Part shown: positions 1 to 13,440 of the stretch, in pieces
Numbering within the stretch: position 1 is the first letter of the stretch
How the letters are laid out: each line of letters starts with the position of its first letter
NCBI RefSeq assembly: GCF_009834535.1
Contig: NC_045696.1
Location: 47,370,001-47,434,000, forward strand
Length of the DNA: 64,000 nt
Reading direction: 5' to 3'
Source of the DNA: Camelus ferus
Taxonomy: Eukaryota
The notes under the pieces: generated by a model
What the model was told of the DNA's origin: nothing
Databases searched by the model: none
Seen by the model: the letters and a program-made list of their open reading frames with translations, nothing else
Program-made: the position numbers and the translations under genes

Positions 1-359
1 TGGTTGAGCTGGTCCACATTTTTTTCAGAGACAGTTGCTAGGCCCCAATCTCAGTCCTTTTGCTAACTAAGGCTCTGGGATACCATTGTATTTTCCTGCT
101 TATCCTTTAAGAGCTTTCTGTGAACATAAAAGAAGAGGATGCTGAGTTTGATGATAAAAGAAAGTCAGGCAAAAATCCTTGACTAATAAATTGACATAAA
201 TTAGAGGCTTTTTAAAACATTTATTAAGATTTTGAATAACAAAAACTCATGAGAATAAAGGGAATATTTGGGAAAGTGCTTTGAGCAATAAATTCAAGGC
301 ATTTCAAGCAGTTTTCACTCTGGGGAGTCTAAAGAGCTTATTGGTCAAGTCCCTTTAAT

Positions 360-546
360 AGAAGCTTTCCTAGTATCTCATCTCTTTCCTAGTAGTTATT
401 AAGTTGCAATTTTCATTTGTGTATCTGATTATTTGACTAATATCCATTGTCCCCACTAAATCTCTATGAGGTTGTCTTTTTTTCTTCACTATTCAAACTC
501 TAGACCGTAACAGAGCCAGATACATCATAGATGCTTAATAAATATT
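360..546 (+). mobile_element. LINE-2 3'-end fragment
   Basis: Ends in an L2-type tail ...agagccagatacatcatagatgcttaataaatatt. Confidence 0.55.
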
Positions 547-931
547 AATAGTCAAGGAGAGGGAATGCTGATCAGGATTTTGCTAAAACTTTCAATGGAG
601 GTTTGCTTCATAATTGACTATTATTACTTCATGACCTTAGACTGTAAATTGTAAAAATTTGCTGCTTGGTTTAAAGTGATGCTGTTCTAGGCATTATCTA
701 TTATGAACTACCTTTTTAAAAAAAAAAACTTTTCTTTCTCTAATCATGGGTTTATAACCTTTATATTATAATCTAAAGATTATCACCTTGTGGGTGATGC
801 TGGTTATTTACAGTTAGTTATAATATTTATTGGTACAGTGTAAAAATCTTCTGGTTTTTCTTAGTCTCAGTCTGATATTTGTCGATTGCATTTGCAATTG
901 TACATCTAATTTTTTTCTTTATGTATCATAG

Positions 932-964
932 GAATTGCTCTACAGTCAATAACAGGCAGTCAAC
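932..964 (+). CDS. DZIP3: DZIP3 internal coding micro-exon, 33 nt ((G)IALQSITGSQ(R))
   Basis: Acceptor ...tgtatcatag| and donor |gtaagt; phase 1-1. Joins in frame to the 2017 exon to give GIALQSITGSQRIEIEELQ, as I recall from human DZIP3. Confidence 0.9.
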
Positions 965-2016
965 GTAAGTATCTTTAAAAACCAAATGCCTAAGTGACCT
1001 TTCAACCCAGGATAGCTAAGGGACACCTATAAAATTTTACTTGGTCAGATAAACTGTATGATAAACTGTAACTGTTTGTTATAGGCTTGGAAAAATATAC
1101 TGTCAAATTACTCCTGGTCAGCTGAATCTAGTATGAGCCTTTTTACTCTGCCTTCGTCTTAGTGCATGTGCCCAGGGTTTACCCTAGCAAAGTATTTTAA
1201 CTTTTGACACATAGAACACTTCAACAGGCAAAAATGCTGACCTGCTTGCTCTTACCTGTTCATATATGCTACTGTTTAACTTACATAGCTTTTATCTGGT
1301 TAACTGTCCATTGTTAGGCTATATCCTTTTTTTGCTGGGTGGCAAGTTGCTAATGTCCTTTTGTGTACTTTTTTTTTTTTTTTTTAATGTAATTCAAATT
1401 CTGCAGTTAAAATTTTACTTAACACCATGAGTTTTGTTTGGGGTAAAATATACTTAAGAAGAACACAATGTGGGTTTTTTGGACCATCAGTGGCCAGTCA
1501 AATGAAGTCCACATGTTTAGAGATTGAATCTCTGGAGCAGTATCAAGAAGTCACATAAGAGGGGGCTGATACCCTTTAACAACCTTTGGTTATGAAAAAG
1601 ATGAAAAAAGGAAAAAAAATAGATCTAGATTTTCCTTCTCTTCTTTACATTACAGATTTATGCCCTAAAATAGTACTTGTTACAATATTATTAGGGTCAA
1701 TGTCAGGATACTAAAAAACGTAGTATTTGGAATTGATTTAAGATTCTAGATATCTAATATCTAGAGTCTGCTTAAGATAACAGTAAAGTATCTTAGCATT
1801 TGAGTTTATGCTGGTTGGTTTTTAGGCTAGTATATGTACATATTATTTGGTCATTGATAAATGGGCATTTCATTTTCATTTAGTATTTGAACAGAGTAAG
1901 ATGTCTTCTATTTCCATTTCTGGGATGGTGTTTTTGTGGAGTAAGTATATTTATAATAGTGATAAAAGGCTAAAATTGTGTGCATCCAGACTGAGAGTTT
2001 TGTTTTTAATGTTTAG

Positions 2017-2186
2017 GTATTGAAATAGAAGAGTTACAAAATGAGGAAGAAGAACTAAGTCCACCTCTCATGGAGTATAATATAAATGTGAAATCAAACT
2101 CTGAAATACACTTAGCAGAAATGAATAAAGATGCGGCATCAATACCCAGTGAATCTTCAACAGAATCTATTAAAGATCTCCAGGAA
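2017..2186 (+). CDS. DZIP3: DZIP3 coding exon (IEIEELQNEEEELSPPLMEYNINVKS...SESSTESIKDLQE)
   Basis: Acceptor tgtttag|, donor GAA|gtataa (weak); 170 nt open frame; peptide recognisably DZIP3. Confidence 0.93.
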
Positions 2187-2990
2187 GTATAAGCTCTCAT
2201 TAATATTTGAATTAGAAGAACTTAATTAGGGCCTTTAGTTTGTTGCATGTGCTGTCCTTAAAGTATCTCAGACAATCTTAGTTTATATTTATCATAGTGT
2301 TAACACAAAGCTTGAATTGGAATGTTTCTTTCCTCAGTACTTTCTTCCATAATCTTTCCTGTGTTAACCATATATTTTGCCAGCATTTATTGAACACTTA
2401 CTATGTGCCAGGCACTAGGCTAGATTTCTGAACATATTTCTTAATCCAGTAGTGGTGAGAGTGGATGTGGGAGGTTAACAGAAAGCAGAAGAAAGTGTAG
2501 TGGGGAATAGAAGGAGAGAGAGAAAGGAAGAAAAACAGGAGTATTTCAATGCTATTTACACAGAGGTAGAATTAAAATCATGTGGAATATACTTCTTTAT
2601 AGACAAGTGGTAACAGTTATTATGTAGTCTCTAAATTCTTTTTAGGTTTAGCTTTTCATCTTATGGACCTGAATATGTTGTTTTTAAAAATGCCTTCCTC
2701 CTTTGTTAGTCTTGCATTGCATGTGTGCAAGTGAGGATCTCTGAGCTCTTTTCCGTAGCCTACTCATTGACGTTATGTCTTGTTCCTTTATATATCAGTG
2801 ATTTCTCAAGCAGAAGATTGAGATAACATAAAAACTAAAATGAAAATAATTTTCCATAGAATCTAGAAAGAAAATGATCTGTATTAGAAGATAAAAGATC
2901 TCAGTAATTAAAGGAAATATATTTTGCAGAATAACCCATTGTGTGTTTTGAACTGCATATTAAATAAGTTATTTATTTCTTATCTGTTAG

Positions 2991-3035
2991 GTTAAGAGTA
3001 AACCAAAGAAAAAGAAAAAGACCAAGAATAAAAAG
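2991..3035 (+). CDS. DZIP3: DZIP3 coding exon, Lys-rich RNA-binding segment (VKSKPKKKKKTKNKK)
   Basis: Acceptor tctgttag|, donor AAG|gtaaga; 45 nt, phase 0-0; contains KKKTK. Confidence 0.95.
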
Positions 3036-3624
3036 GTAAGAGGCTGTATTAGTATAATAACAGAGGACTGTCTGATTATGGACACTTAGGTTTAGTATAT
3101 AGATTTACTGATAGAAGTTAAAATTAGTCCAAGTAGACGTGTAGCACAAATAAATGTTCATAGCTCATTGAATATATCATTATAGAGAAATCTATGTATG
3201 TTAGATCCTAAATGATTTAAACTTGTAGCGTGCATTACTCCGCTAAATCATAATTTGTACATTTAAATATACAAATAAAGAAACTGAATTAGTCATTTGG
3301 AAATTTTATTGATTTCTGTGTACCACTCTCATTTTTAGTGTCTACTCGGTGTTTTAAAAACAGCTTTTTGTCATATTTCAACAGATAAGTTCAGAAGTGC
3401 TTTCCAAAATCTAAGAAATCTTGATTTTTCTCCCTTGTGTCAAAGACTCTGCCATCAGTGCAGTAATGTACAAAAATGGTAGAAATCCAAGAATCTTCTT
3501 TTAGGCCTCTTCCTGTTGTTTGAGAGTTGCAAAAAGAACAAGTTACTATCTGTAGCACAGTTTTAGCAAGAACTCTCTTAATAGCTTGGAAAATTACAAG
3601 AGAAAATCAGGAGTATTTTTGTAT

Positions 3625-3873
3625 TGACTTAATTTTTTAATTAAGACTAGTATTTTAGAGCAATTTTTTTTGATTCAGAGTAAAATTGAGGGGAATGTAC
3701 AGAGACTTCCCATACACTGTCTGCCCCCAAACATGCGTAGCCTCTTCAATCAGTATCCCCCAACAGTGTTACACTTGTTACAACTGATGGAATTACATTG
3801 ACATACCAGAATTACCCAAAGTCCATACTTTGTATTTTGATCAGTCTTGTTGTATATTCCTATGGATTTGGAC
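3625..3873 (-). mobile_element. Old L1 (L1MC-like) 3'-end fragment
   Basis: ttttagagcaatttt...aaaattgaggggaatgtacagagacttcccata motif; flanked by near-identical tcaggagtatttt (3608-3620) and tcaagagtatttt (3874-3886), a likely TSD. Confidence 0.7.
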
Positions 3874-4628
3874 TCAAGAGTATTTTTTTATTAAGCATAT
3901 AGCTTACCACTATGCTATGCAAACTTTACTGTGAAAAAATGTTTTTTTCTGTCTTGAAATATATATTTAAAATCTAGATATACTTTGTAGGCTGTATTAT
4001 AAAACTGAGTGAGAATATTTAGCCAACTGTGGTCTGGTAAGTGCATGTTATTAGTCATTTGGAAGCATACACAAACTTTAATCATAAATGAAATTTTAGA
4101 CAATGAAAGTAAATTTACAAAATGCTTATTGAGGCCAAGAACAAAATAAAGATTATTTATACTCTAATCTGAGCATAAAATATCAATATTATATTTACAT
4201 ATTATCAAAAGTTATCTTGAAAATTATATTTTTTAAATTTTGTTTTTCAAAACATGAATATGATTTTTTCTTACTTTTAAATAGTCTTATCTAATAAAAC
4301 ACAGCCTGATTCATTAGTTTAGCTGATGTTTTTTATTTTTGACAAAACATTAGTAAGTCCCAGGTCTAATACATAACGCTGACCAAGTAAATCTACAACT
4401 TTCAGATCACAAATCTATGCTCCAAGGGTATATGTCTCTTCCATATTTCCAAAAGATTAAAATATGGTAGTACTCAGATTCTCAATTTTAGCTAAATGGA
4501 AAGCCCCTCTGTGTCACATTAAACAGGGAATAAACACAAGTGGAAATAAATGTAAACACCACTTAAAATGTATATACAAGTAATATTAAAAAATTCTTAT
4601 TAAAGCCAGTAAACTATTTTTAGGTTTT

Positions 4629-4924
4629 GTTTTTAGTGTTGTTTTTTCCCTTTTTCAGTTCTATTAGGTAGGATTATTCCAGTTTGACTGCACATACACA
4701 TTATATTGCATGTAAATATATATATATACGGTATACTGCATTTTTTTTTAGTTTACGTATATGTACTGATTATTGTTTCTAAGAACAGATTAGAGCTTTA
4801 GATTTTTAAGCTTACATAGTTATCAAAGGAATAAAGCCAACTACAAAATAAGAATCAACAAAATGCAGTAATCTAATCATAAAGGACAGTCAAATGTGCT
4901 TATACATATTCAAGAAATCAATCA
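4629..4924 (-). other. Non-L1 segment plus degenerate poly(A) co-inserted with the L1 (chimeric retrocopy / transduced DNA)
   Basis: Lies inside the 13-bp direct repeat atttttaggtttt (4616-4628 and 8329-8341) that brackets the L1; T-rich tract at 4629-4656. Confidence 0.6.
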
Positions 4925-7900
4925 TCTTTGTTGTAAGTAATAAGTAGTTCATTTGTGTCATTATTATTATTGTTATTTTTTAGATTCCTCATATAAATGA
5001 TGTCATATGGTATTTTCCTTTCTCTTTCTGGCCCACTTCGCTTAGAATGACAATCTTCAGGTCCATCCATATTGCTGCAAATGGAATTATTTTATTCTGT
5101 TATATGGCTGAGTAGTGTTCCATTGTATATATGTACCACATCTTCTATTATCCAGTCATCTTTTGATGGACATTTGGGTTGTTTCCATGTCTTGGCTATT
5201 GTAAATAGTGCTGATATGAACTTTGGGGTGCATGTGTTACTTTGAATTTCATTTTTCTCTGGATATAGGCCCAGGAGTGGGACTGCTGGATCACATGGTG
5301 TAAGTCTATTTTCAGTTTTTTAAGGAACCTCCATACTGTCCTCCACAGTGGCTGCACCAATCTACATTCCCACCAACAGTGTAGGAGGGTTCCCTTTTCT
5401 CCACACCCTCTCCAGCATCTATCATCTGTAGACTTTTCAATGATGGCCATTCGGGCTGGTGTGAGGTAATATCTCATTGTAGTTTTGGTCTGCATTTCTC
5501 TTACAATTAGCAATGCTGAGCATTTTTTCATGTGCCTATTGGCCATTTGTATGTCTTCACTGGAGAATTGCTTGTTTAGGTCTTCTGCCTATTTTTGGAT
5601 TGTGTTGCTTGTTTCTTTTATATTAAGGTGTGTGAACTGTTTATATATTTTGGAAATTTGTCCTTTGTCAGTCACATCATTTACAAATATTTTCTCCCAT
5701 TCTGTAGGTTATCTTTTCATTTCGTTGATGGTATCCTTAGCTGTGCAAAAGCTTTTAAGTTTAATTAGATCCCATTTGTTTATTTTTGCTTTTATTTCCA
5801 TTACTCCAGGAGCTAGTTCAGAAAATATATTGCTGTAATGTATGTCCACGAGTGTTCTGCCCATGTTTTCCTCTAGGAATTTTATAGTATCTCATCTTAC
5901 ATTTAGGTCTTTAGTCCATTTTGAGTTTATTTTTGTACATGGTGTTAGAGAGTGTTCTAATTTCAGTCTTTTACAGGTAGCTGTCTGGTTTTCCCAGCAC
6001 TACTTATTGAAGAGACTATCTTTTCTCCATTGTATATTCTTGCCTCCTTTGTTGTAGATTAATTGACCATATATGCGTGGGTTTATTTCTGGACTTTCTA
6101 TCCTGTTCCATTGATCTACATGTCTGTTTTTGTGCCAGTACCATACTATTTTGATTACCACAGCGTTGTAGTATAGTCTGAAGTCAAGGAGCATGATTCC
6201 CCCAGCTCCATTCTTCTTTTTCAAGATTGTTTTGGCTATTCACGGTCTCCTGTGTTTCCATACAAATTTTAACATTTTTTTGTTCCAGCTCTGTGAAGAA
6301 TGTTGTTGGTAACTTGATAGGGACTGCATTGAATCTGTAAATTGCCTTGGGCAGTATGGCCATTTTAACAGTATTGATTCTTCCAATCCAAGAACATGGT
6401 ATATCTTTCCATTAGTTTATGTAGTCTTCAATTTCCTTCATCAGTGTCTTACAGTTTTTGGCATACAGGTCTTTTGCCTCCTTAGGTATGTTTATTCCTA
6501 GGTGTTTTGTTCTTTTTGGCACAATGGTAAATTGTATCGTTTCCTTAATTTCCCTTTCTGCTATTTCATTGTTAGTGTATAGAAATGCAACTGATTGCTG
6601 TATATTAATTTTGTATCCTGCAACTTTACTATATTCATTGATGAGTTCTAGTAGTTTTCTGGTTGCTTCTTAGGGTTTTCTATGTATAGTTTCACGTCAG
6701 CTGCAAACAGTGACAATTTTACTTCTTCGTTTCCAATTTGGATTCCTGTTGTTTCTTTTTCTTCTCTGATTGCTATGGCTAAGATTTCCAAAAATATGTT
6801 GAAAATAAAAGTGATGACAGTGGACATCCTTGTCTTGTTCCTGATCTTAAAGGGAATGCTTTCAGCTTTTCCCCATTGAGTATGATGTTGGCTGTGGGTT
6901 TGTCATATATGGACTTTATTATGTTGAGGTATGTTCCATCTATGCCCACTTTCTGGAGAGTTTTGATCATAAATGGATGTTGGATTTTATCAAAACCTTT
7001 TTCTGCATCTATTAAAAGTATTATACTGTTTTTATTCTTCAATTTGTTAATGTGGTATATCATGTTGATTGATTTGCATGTATTGAAAAATCCCTGCATC
7101 CCTGGGATAAATCCCACTTGATCATGGTGTATGATCCTTTTAATGCGTTTTTGGAGTCGATTTGCTAGTGTTTTGTTGAGGATTCTTGCATCTATATTCA
7201 TAAGTAATATTGGCCTGTAATTTTCTTTTTTTGTGATATCCTTGTCTGGTTTTGGTATCAGGGTGATGATGACCTCATAGAAGAAGTTTGGAAGTGTTCC
7301 TTCCTCTGCAAAGTTTTGGAATGGTTTCAGAAGGATAGGTGTTAACTCTTTCAGCTTTTGGTAGAATTCACCTGTGAAGCTATCTGGTCCTGGACTTTTG
7401 TTTGTTGGGAGTTTTTAATTACTGATTCAATTTCAGTACTGGTAATTGGTCTACTCATATTGTCTATTTCTTCCTGGTTTAGTCTAGGCATATTGTACCT
7501 TTCTAAGAAATTGCCCATTTCTTCTGCATTGTCATTTTTGCTGGCATATAGTTGATCATAGTATCCTCTTGTGATCCCCTGTATTTCTGTGATGTCAGTT
7601 GTAACTTCTTTTTCATTTCTGATTTTATTAATCTGAGCCCTCTCCCTTTTTTTCTTGATGAGTCTGACTAAAGGCTTATCAATTTTGTTTATCTTTTCAA
7701 GGAACTAGTTTTTAGTTTCATTGATCTTTTCTATTGTTTTTTTAGTCTCTATTTCATTTATTTCTGCTCTAATCTTTATGATTTCTTTTCTTCTACTAAC
7801 TTTGGGGTTTGTTTGTTCTTCTTTCTCTAACTTCTTTAGGTATAATGTTAGGTTGTTTACTTGAGATTTTTCTTACTTCCTTAGGTAGACTTGTATCGCT

Positions 7901-8328
7901 ATAAAATTCCCTCTGAGAACTGCTTTTACTGCATGCCAGAGGTTTTGGATTATTGTGTTTTCGTTTTCATTTGTCCCAAAGTATTTTTTGATTTCCTCTT
8001 TGATTTCTTCTGTGATCTCCTGGTTGTGTAGTAGCATGTTGTTTAGCCTCCATGTGTTTGCAGTTTTTTTCTTGTAGTTGATTTCTAACCTAATAGCATT
8101 GTGGTCTGAAAAGATGCTTGGTACAATTTCAGTTTTCTTAAATTTGCTGAGGCTAGCTTTGTGGGCCAGCATGTGATCGTTTCTGGAGAATGTTCCATGT
8201 GTACCTGAAAAGAATGTGTATTCTGTTGTTTTGGGGTAGAATGCTCTATAGATATCAGTTAGGTCCATCTGGTCTAATGTGTTATTTCAGGCCTGTATTT
8301 CCTTATTGATTTTCTGGCCTGATGATGA
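4925..8328 (-). mobile_element. 5'-truncated L1: degraded ORF2 (EN end, RT, C-terminus) and partial 3' UTR
   Basis: ORF-track fragments 7873..8268 (endonuclease, SDHNAIRLEI), 6779..7201 ([16 protein letters not shown]...GTRQGCPLS), 6000..6224 and 5196..5546 are L1 ORF2p; many stops and frameshifts. Confidence 0.96.
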
Positions 8329-9458
8329 ATTTTTAGGTTTTTTAAAATACCTTAAGTTTTTTTTTCCAATTTATTTTATTGAAAAAATGTAGAGATACTT
8401 TGAAAATAAAGTAATTTTATCTTGATTAAATTTGGATGTTGGAAGAGAGATGTTGTATCATATGTCTAAATTATAAAGTATAGAACCTGAAGAATGCTGA
8501 AACTTTTTCATATAACTATTTCATACTGACTAGTCCTATTCATATACTTTATTAGTGTTATAGGTGCAAAAAATTGTCTAGTGTAGTGTAAGCAACCAAT
8601 TATAAAAAGCTGAGTCAATCAAATTCTCTAATCAAAAGCTCTCATCCTGAAAAATTCTAGCATATAGAAGTTTGCTTGTGTTATGTAGAGTGACTACAAA
8701 GTCCTTATTCCTGAAATTTTGTCCTTTCTTAATTATTTGATTTACATCATCTCTACTTAACAATAGTTGAAGTTCCAAAAACACCTATCAGGGATTTCCT
8801 GGACAAAGATGGTGAAAAAGTAGAATGTGTGTAGCAAATAGAGGGAACTGTACAAATAACTACTAACTAGCGTGTATAGAGATTTTTGTAGGTACTCTAT
8901 ATGCTCCCTTTCTTCAGTTAGGAATTTAATATGTTCAAATTGCAAATAACTCTTTTGGTAGTTAATTAGTTCTTTCTTTCCAGTTCCATAGCCAGGGAAA
9001 CTGAGGGTTAGGAATAGAAAAGGAAGGTAAAGCAGATGGCAGAAGAATAGAAGGCTTTGTGATGAAGCCTTGGGGAATAAAAGAAATACAGCAGGAGAAA
9101 AATCAAGCTCTTCAAAGTGCATATCCTCTCTAAAGAAGGGAAGTTGCAGAAATGCATATAAGACAGGCTGATAGTTGGGTTGGCATGAAGTTATCCTGGA
9201 AAGATCTAAAAAGGAGTTTCAGAAGTACAAGTATCCCCCGTTTTTCAAAATTCACTTTACACCACTTTGCTTTTATGGAAGACCTACATTATTATCTGTT
9301 TGTGCTAAGCAAAATACTTGTGCTAACCCAAGCAAGTCTGTTAGCACCATTTTCCCAACAGCATTTGCTCACTTCATGTTTCTTTGTCACATCTTGGTAA
9401 TTGCAATATTTCAGACTTTTTCATTATTATTATTTTGTTATGACAGTCTGTGATCAGT

Positions 9459-11877
9459 TTTTTTGGGGGGGATATAGTTGATTTACAGTATTATGTTTCA
9501 GGTATACAACTTAGTGATTCAGAAATTTTAAAGATACTCCAAAGTTATTATGAAATATTGGCAATTTTCCCTGCACTATACAATATATCTTGTAGCTTAT
9601 TTTATACATAGTAGTTTGTACCTCTTAATCCCCTACCTTTATAATGCCCCTCACTCATACCCTCTCCCCATTGGTAACCTCCAGTTTGTTCTTTATATCT
9701 TTGAGTCTGTTTCTCTTTTGTTATATCCATTCATTTTATTTTTTAGATTCCACATATAAGTGATAACATAGAGTATTTGTCTTCATCTGTCTGACTTATT
9801 TCACTAAGCATAATATTCTCTAGGTCCATTCATGTTGTTGTAGGTAGCAAAATCTTATTTTTTAAGGCTGAGTAATATTCCATTGTGTATATATACCATA
9901 TCTTATTTATCCATTCATCTGTTGATGGACACTTAGGTTTCTTCCTATCTTGGCTATTGTAAATAATACTGTTATTAACATTGGGGTGCTTGTATCTTTT
10001 CAAATTTGTTTTTTCATTTTCTTTAAATATATATTCAAGAATGTATTTGCTGGATCATATAGTAGTTGAATTTTTAGTTTCTTGGGGAACCTCTTTTCTG
10101 TTTTCCATAATGGCTGCACCTTGCATTCCCACCAATAGTGTACACACCACCTTTTCTCCATATCCTTGCTGACATTTGTGGTCTTTTTGATGATAGCCAT
10201 TCTGACAGATGTGAGGTGATATCTAATTGTGGTTTTGATTTGGTAACCTGATGATTAGCAGTGTTGAGCATCTTTTCATTTGCCTCATGGCTGTCTGTAT
10301 GTCTTCTTTGGGAAAATGTGTATTCAGGTCTTCTGCCCATTTATAAATGGGCTGTTTAGGTGTGGGGTTTTTTTTGTTGTTTTTTTTTTGTTTTTTTTTT
10401 TGATATTGGGTTGTATGAACTGTTTATTTTGGATATTAACCTCTTATCATTCATATCATTTGTAAATATTTTGTCTCATTCAGTAAGTTGTCTTTTCACT
10501 TTGTCAATGGTTTCATTTGCAGTGAAAAAGCTTTTAAATTTAATTAGGTCCCATTTGTTTATTTTTGCTCTTGTTTCCTTTGCCTTAGGAGACAAATCAA
10601 AAAAAAATATTGCCACAATTTATGTCAAAGAGTGTTCTGCCTATATTTTCTTCTAGGAGTTTTATGGTTTCTGGTCTTACCTTTAGGTCTACAATCCATT
10701 TTGAGTTTATTTTTGTATATGATGTGAGAGAATGATTTCATTCTTTCACATGTAACTGTCCAGTTTTCCCTAGCACTACCTGTTGAAGAGACTGTCTTTT
10801 CCTCATTGTATATTCTTGCCTCCTTTGTCATAGATTAATGGACCATAAGTGTGTGGATTTATTTCTGAGCTCTCTATTCTGTTCCATTGATCTGTGTGTC
10901 TATTTTTGTGCCATTACCATATTGTTTTGATTACTGTAGCTTTGCAGTACAATCTGAAGTCAAGGAGCATGATACCTCCAGCTATGTTCTTTCTCAGCAA
11001 TTCTTTGGCTATTCAGGGTCTTTGAATTTCCATACACATTTTAGAATTATTTTTCTAGCTCTCTGAAAAATACCATTGTTATTTTGATAGGGATTGTATT
11101 GAATCTGTAAATTGATTTGAGTTGTATGGTCAGTTTAACATTAATTCTTCCAAATCATGTACATGATATATCTGTCTATCTCTTTGTGTTGTCTTCAATG
11201 TATTTCATCAGTGTCTTATGGCTTTCCAAGTAGAGGTCTTTTACCTTCTTGTATTTATTCCTAGGTATCTTTTCTTTTTGATGTGATGGTAAATGGGATT
11301 ATTTTCTTAATTTCTCTTTCTGATAGTTCCCTGTTAGTATATAGAAATGCAACAGATTTCTTTATATTAATTTTGTATCCTGTGACTTTACCAAATTCAT
11401 TGATGAGCCCTAGTAGTTTTCTGGTGACATTTTAAGGATTTTCTATATATAGTATCATGTCATCTATAAACAATGACAGTTTTACTTCTTCCTTTCCAAT
11501 TTGGAATCCTTTTATTTATTTATTTTTCTTGTCTGTGTCTAGGACTCCTAATACTATGTTGAATAGAAGTGGCAAGAGTGGGCATCCTTGTCTTGTTCCT
11601 GATTTTAGAGGAAAAGATTTCAGCTTTTCACGATTGAGTATGATGTTAGCTGTGGACTTATTATATATGGCTTTTATTATGTTGGGTATGTTCCCTCTAC
11701 ATCCACTTTATGGAGATTTTATCATAAATGGATGTTGAATTTTGTCAAAAGCTTTCTCTGCATCTATTGAGATGATCATGTGATTTTTATTCTTCAATTT
11801 GTTAATGTGGTTTATCACAATGATTGATTTGTGGATTTTGAACCATCCTTGCATCCCTGAGATAAATCCCACTTGAA
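9459..11877 (-). mobile_element. 5'-truncated L1 inserted into Tigger1
   Basis: L1 3' UTR plus ORF2 remnants (ORF track 10000..10200, 10625..10831); 9-bp TSD gtgatcagt at 9450-9458 and 11878-11886; Tigger1 sequence resumes after it. Confidence 0.94.
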
Positions 11878-12086
11878 GTGATCAGTGATTTTTGATGTTA
11901 GTATTATAATTGTTTTGGGATGCTACAAATAATGCCCATTGAAGATGATGACCTTAAACAATAAATGTTTGTGTTCTGACTGCTCCACTGATCAGCCTTT
12001 CCCTCATCACTCTCCCTTTCCTCAGACTTCCTTATTCTCTGAGATCTCAGCAATAATATTGCAGTAGACCAGTTAATAACCCTATC

Positions 12087-13440
12087 TTGGTCTCTAAATG
12101 ATCAAGTGAAAGGAAGAGTTGCAGGTCTCTCACTTTAAATCAAAAGCTAGAAATGACTAAGATTAGTGAGGAAGGCATGTTGAAAGTTGGGATAGGCTGA
12201 AAGCTAGGCCTCTTGTGCCAAACAGTTAGCCAAGTTGTGAATGCAAAGGAAAAATTCTTGAAGGAAATTAAAAGTGCTACTCCAGTGAACACAGGAATAT
12301 TAAGAAAGCAAAATAGCCTTATTGCTGATAAAGAGAAAATGTAAGTGTTTTGGATAGAAGATTAAACCAGCCACAATGTTCCCTTAAGCCAAAGCCAAAT
12401 CTGGAGCAAGGCCCTAACTCTTCTCAATTCTGTGAAGGGTGAGGAAGCTGCAGAAGAAATGTTTGAAGCTGGCAGAGGTTGGTTCATATGGTTTAAGGAA
12501 AGAAGCCATCTCTATAACATCAGAGTACAAGGTGAAGTAGCAAGTGCTGATGTACAAGCTGTGGGAAGTTATCCAGAAGACTGAGTTAATATACTTAATG
12601 AAAGTGACTATACTAAACAGATTTTCAACTTAGACAAAACATCCTTCTATTGGAAGAACATGCTAGCTAGGGCTTTCATAAGCTAGAGAGGAGAAGTAAT
12701 ACCCGGCTTGAAAACTGTGAAGCACAGGCTGACTTTCTTGCTGGGGGCTAGTGCAGCTAGCAACTTAGATTTTAAGTTGAAGCCAGTGCTTATTTACCAT
12801 TCTGAAAATTGTAGGACCTTTAAGAATTCTGCCAAATCAAATCTGTATGTACTTTAGAAATGGAATAACGAAGCCTGGGTGACAGCACATCTGTTTACAG
12901 CATGGTTTCCTAATTATTAATTTTAAGACCACTGTTGAGACCTACCACTCAGAAAAAAAAAGATTCCTTTCAAAATATTACTGCTCATTGACAGTGCACC
13001 TGGTCACCCAAAAGCTCTGATGGAGATGGACAGTGAAATTCATGTTGTTTTCATGCCTGCTAACACAGTATCCATTCTGCAGCCCATGGACGAATGAATC
13101 ATTTCAATTTTCAAGTCTTATTATTTAGTACATTTTATGAGGCTGCAGTTGCCATAGATAGTGATTCCATTGATGTCTGGGCAAAGTCAATTGAAAACCT
13201 TCTTGAAAGGATTCACATTTTTAGATGCCATTAAGGATATTCATAATTCATGGGAAGAGGTCAAAATACCAGCATTAACAGAAGCTTAGAAGAAGTTGAT
13301 TCCAATCCTTGTGGATGACACTGAGGGGAGTAAGACCTTCCATGGTGGAAGTAATTGCAGATGTGGTGAAAACAGCAAGAGAACTAGAAATTGAGGTACA
13401 GCCTGAAGATGTGACTGAAGTGCACTCATGATAAAAATTT
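12087..13440 (+). pseudogene. Decayed Tigger1 (pogo-like) transposase ORF
   Basis: Recognisable Tigger1 coding sequence ([70 protein letters not shown]) with in-frame stops; no ORF >=60 aa in the track. Confidence 0.8.

Noticed and set aside
1741..1797. Two adjacent AT-rich hairpins (agattctagatat...atatctagagtct)
   Set aside because: Low-complexity AT-rich symmetry with no recognisable ncRNA boxes.
12087..13440. Domesticated TIGD1-like transposase gene
   Set aside because: Multiple in-frame stops; no ORF >=60 aa.
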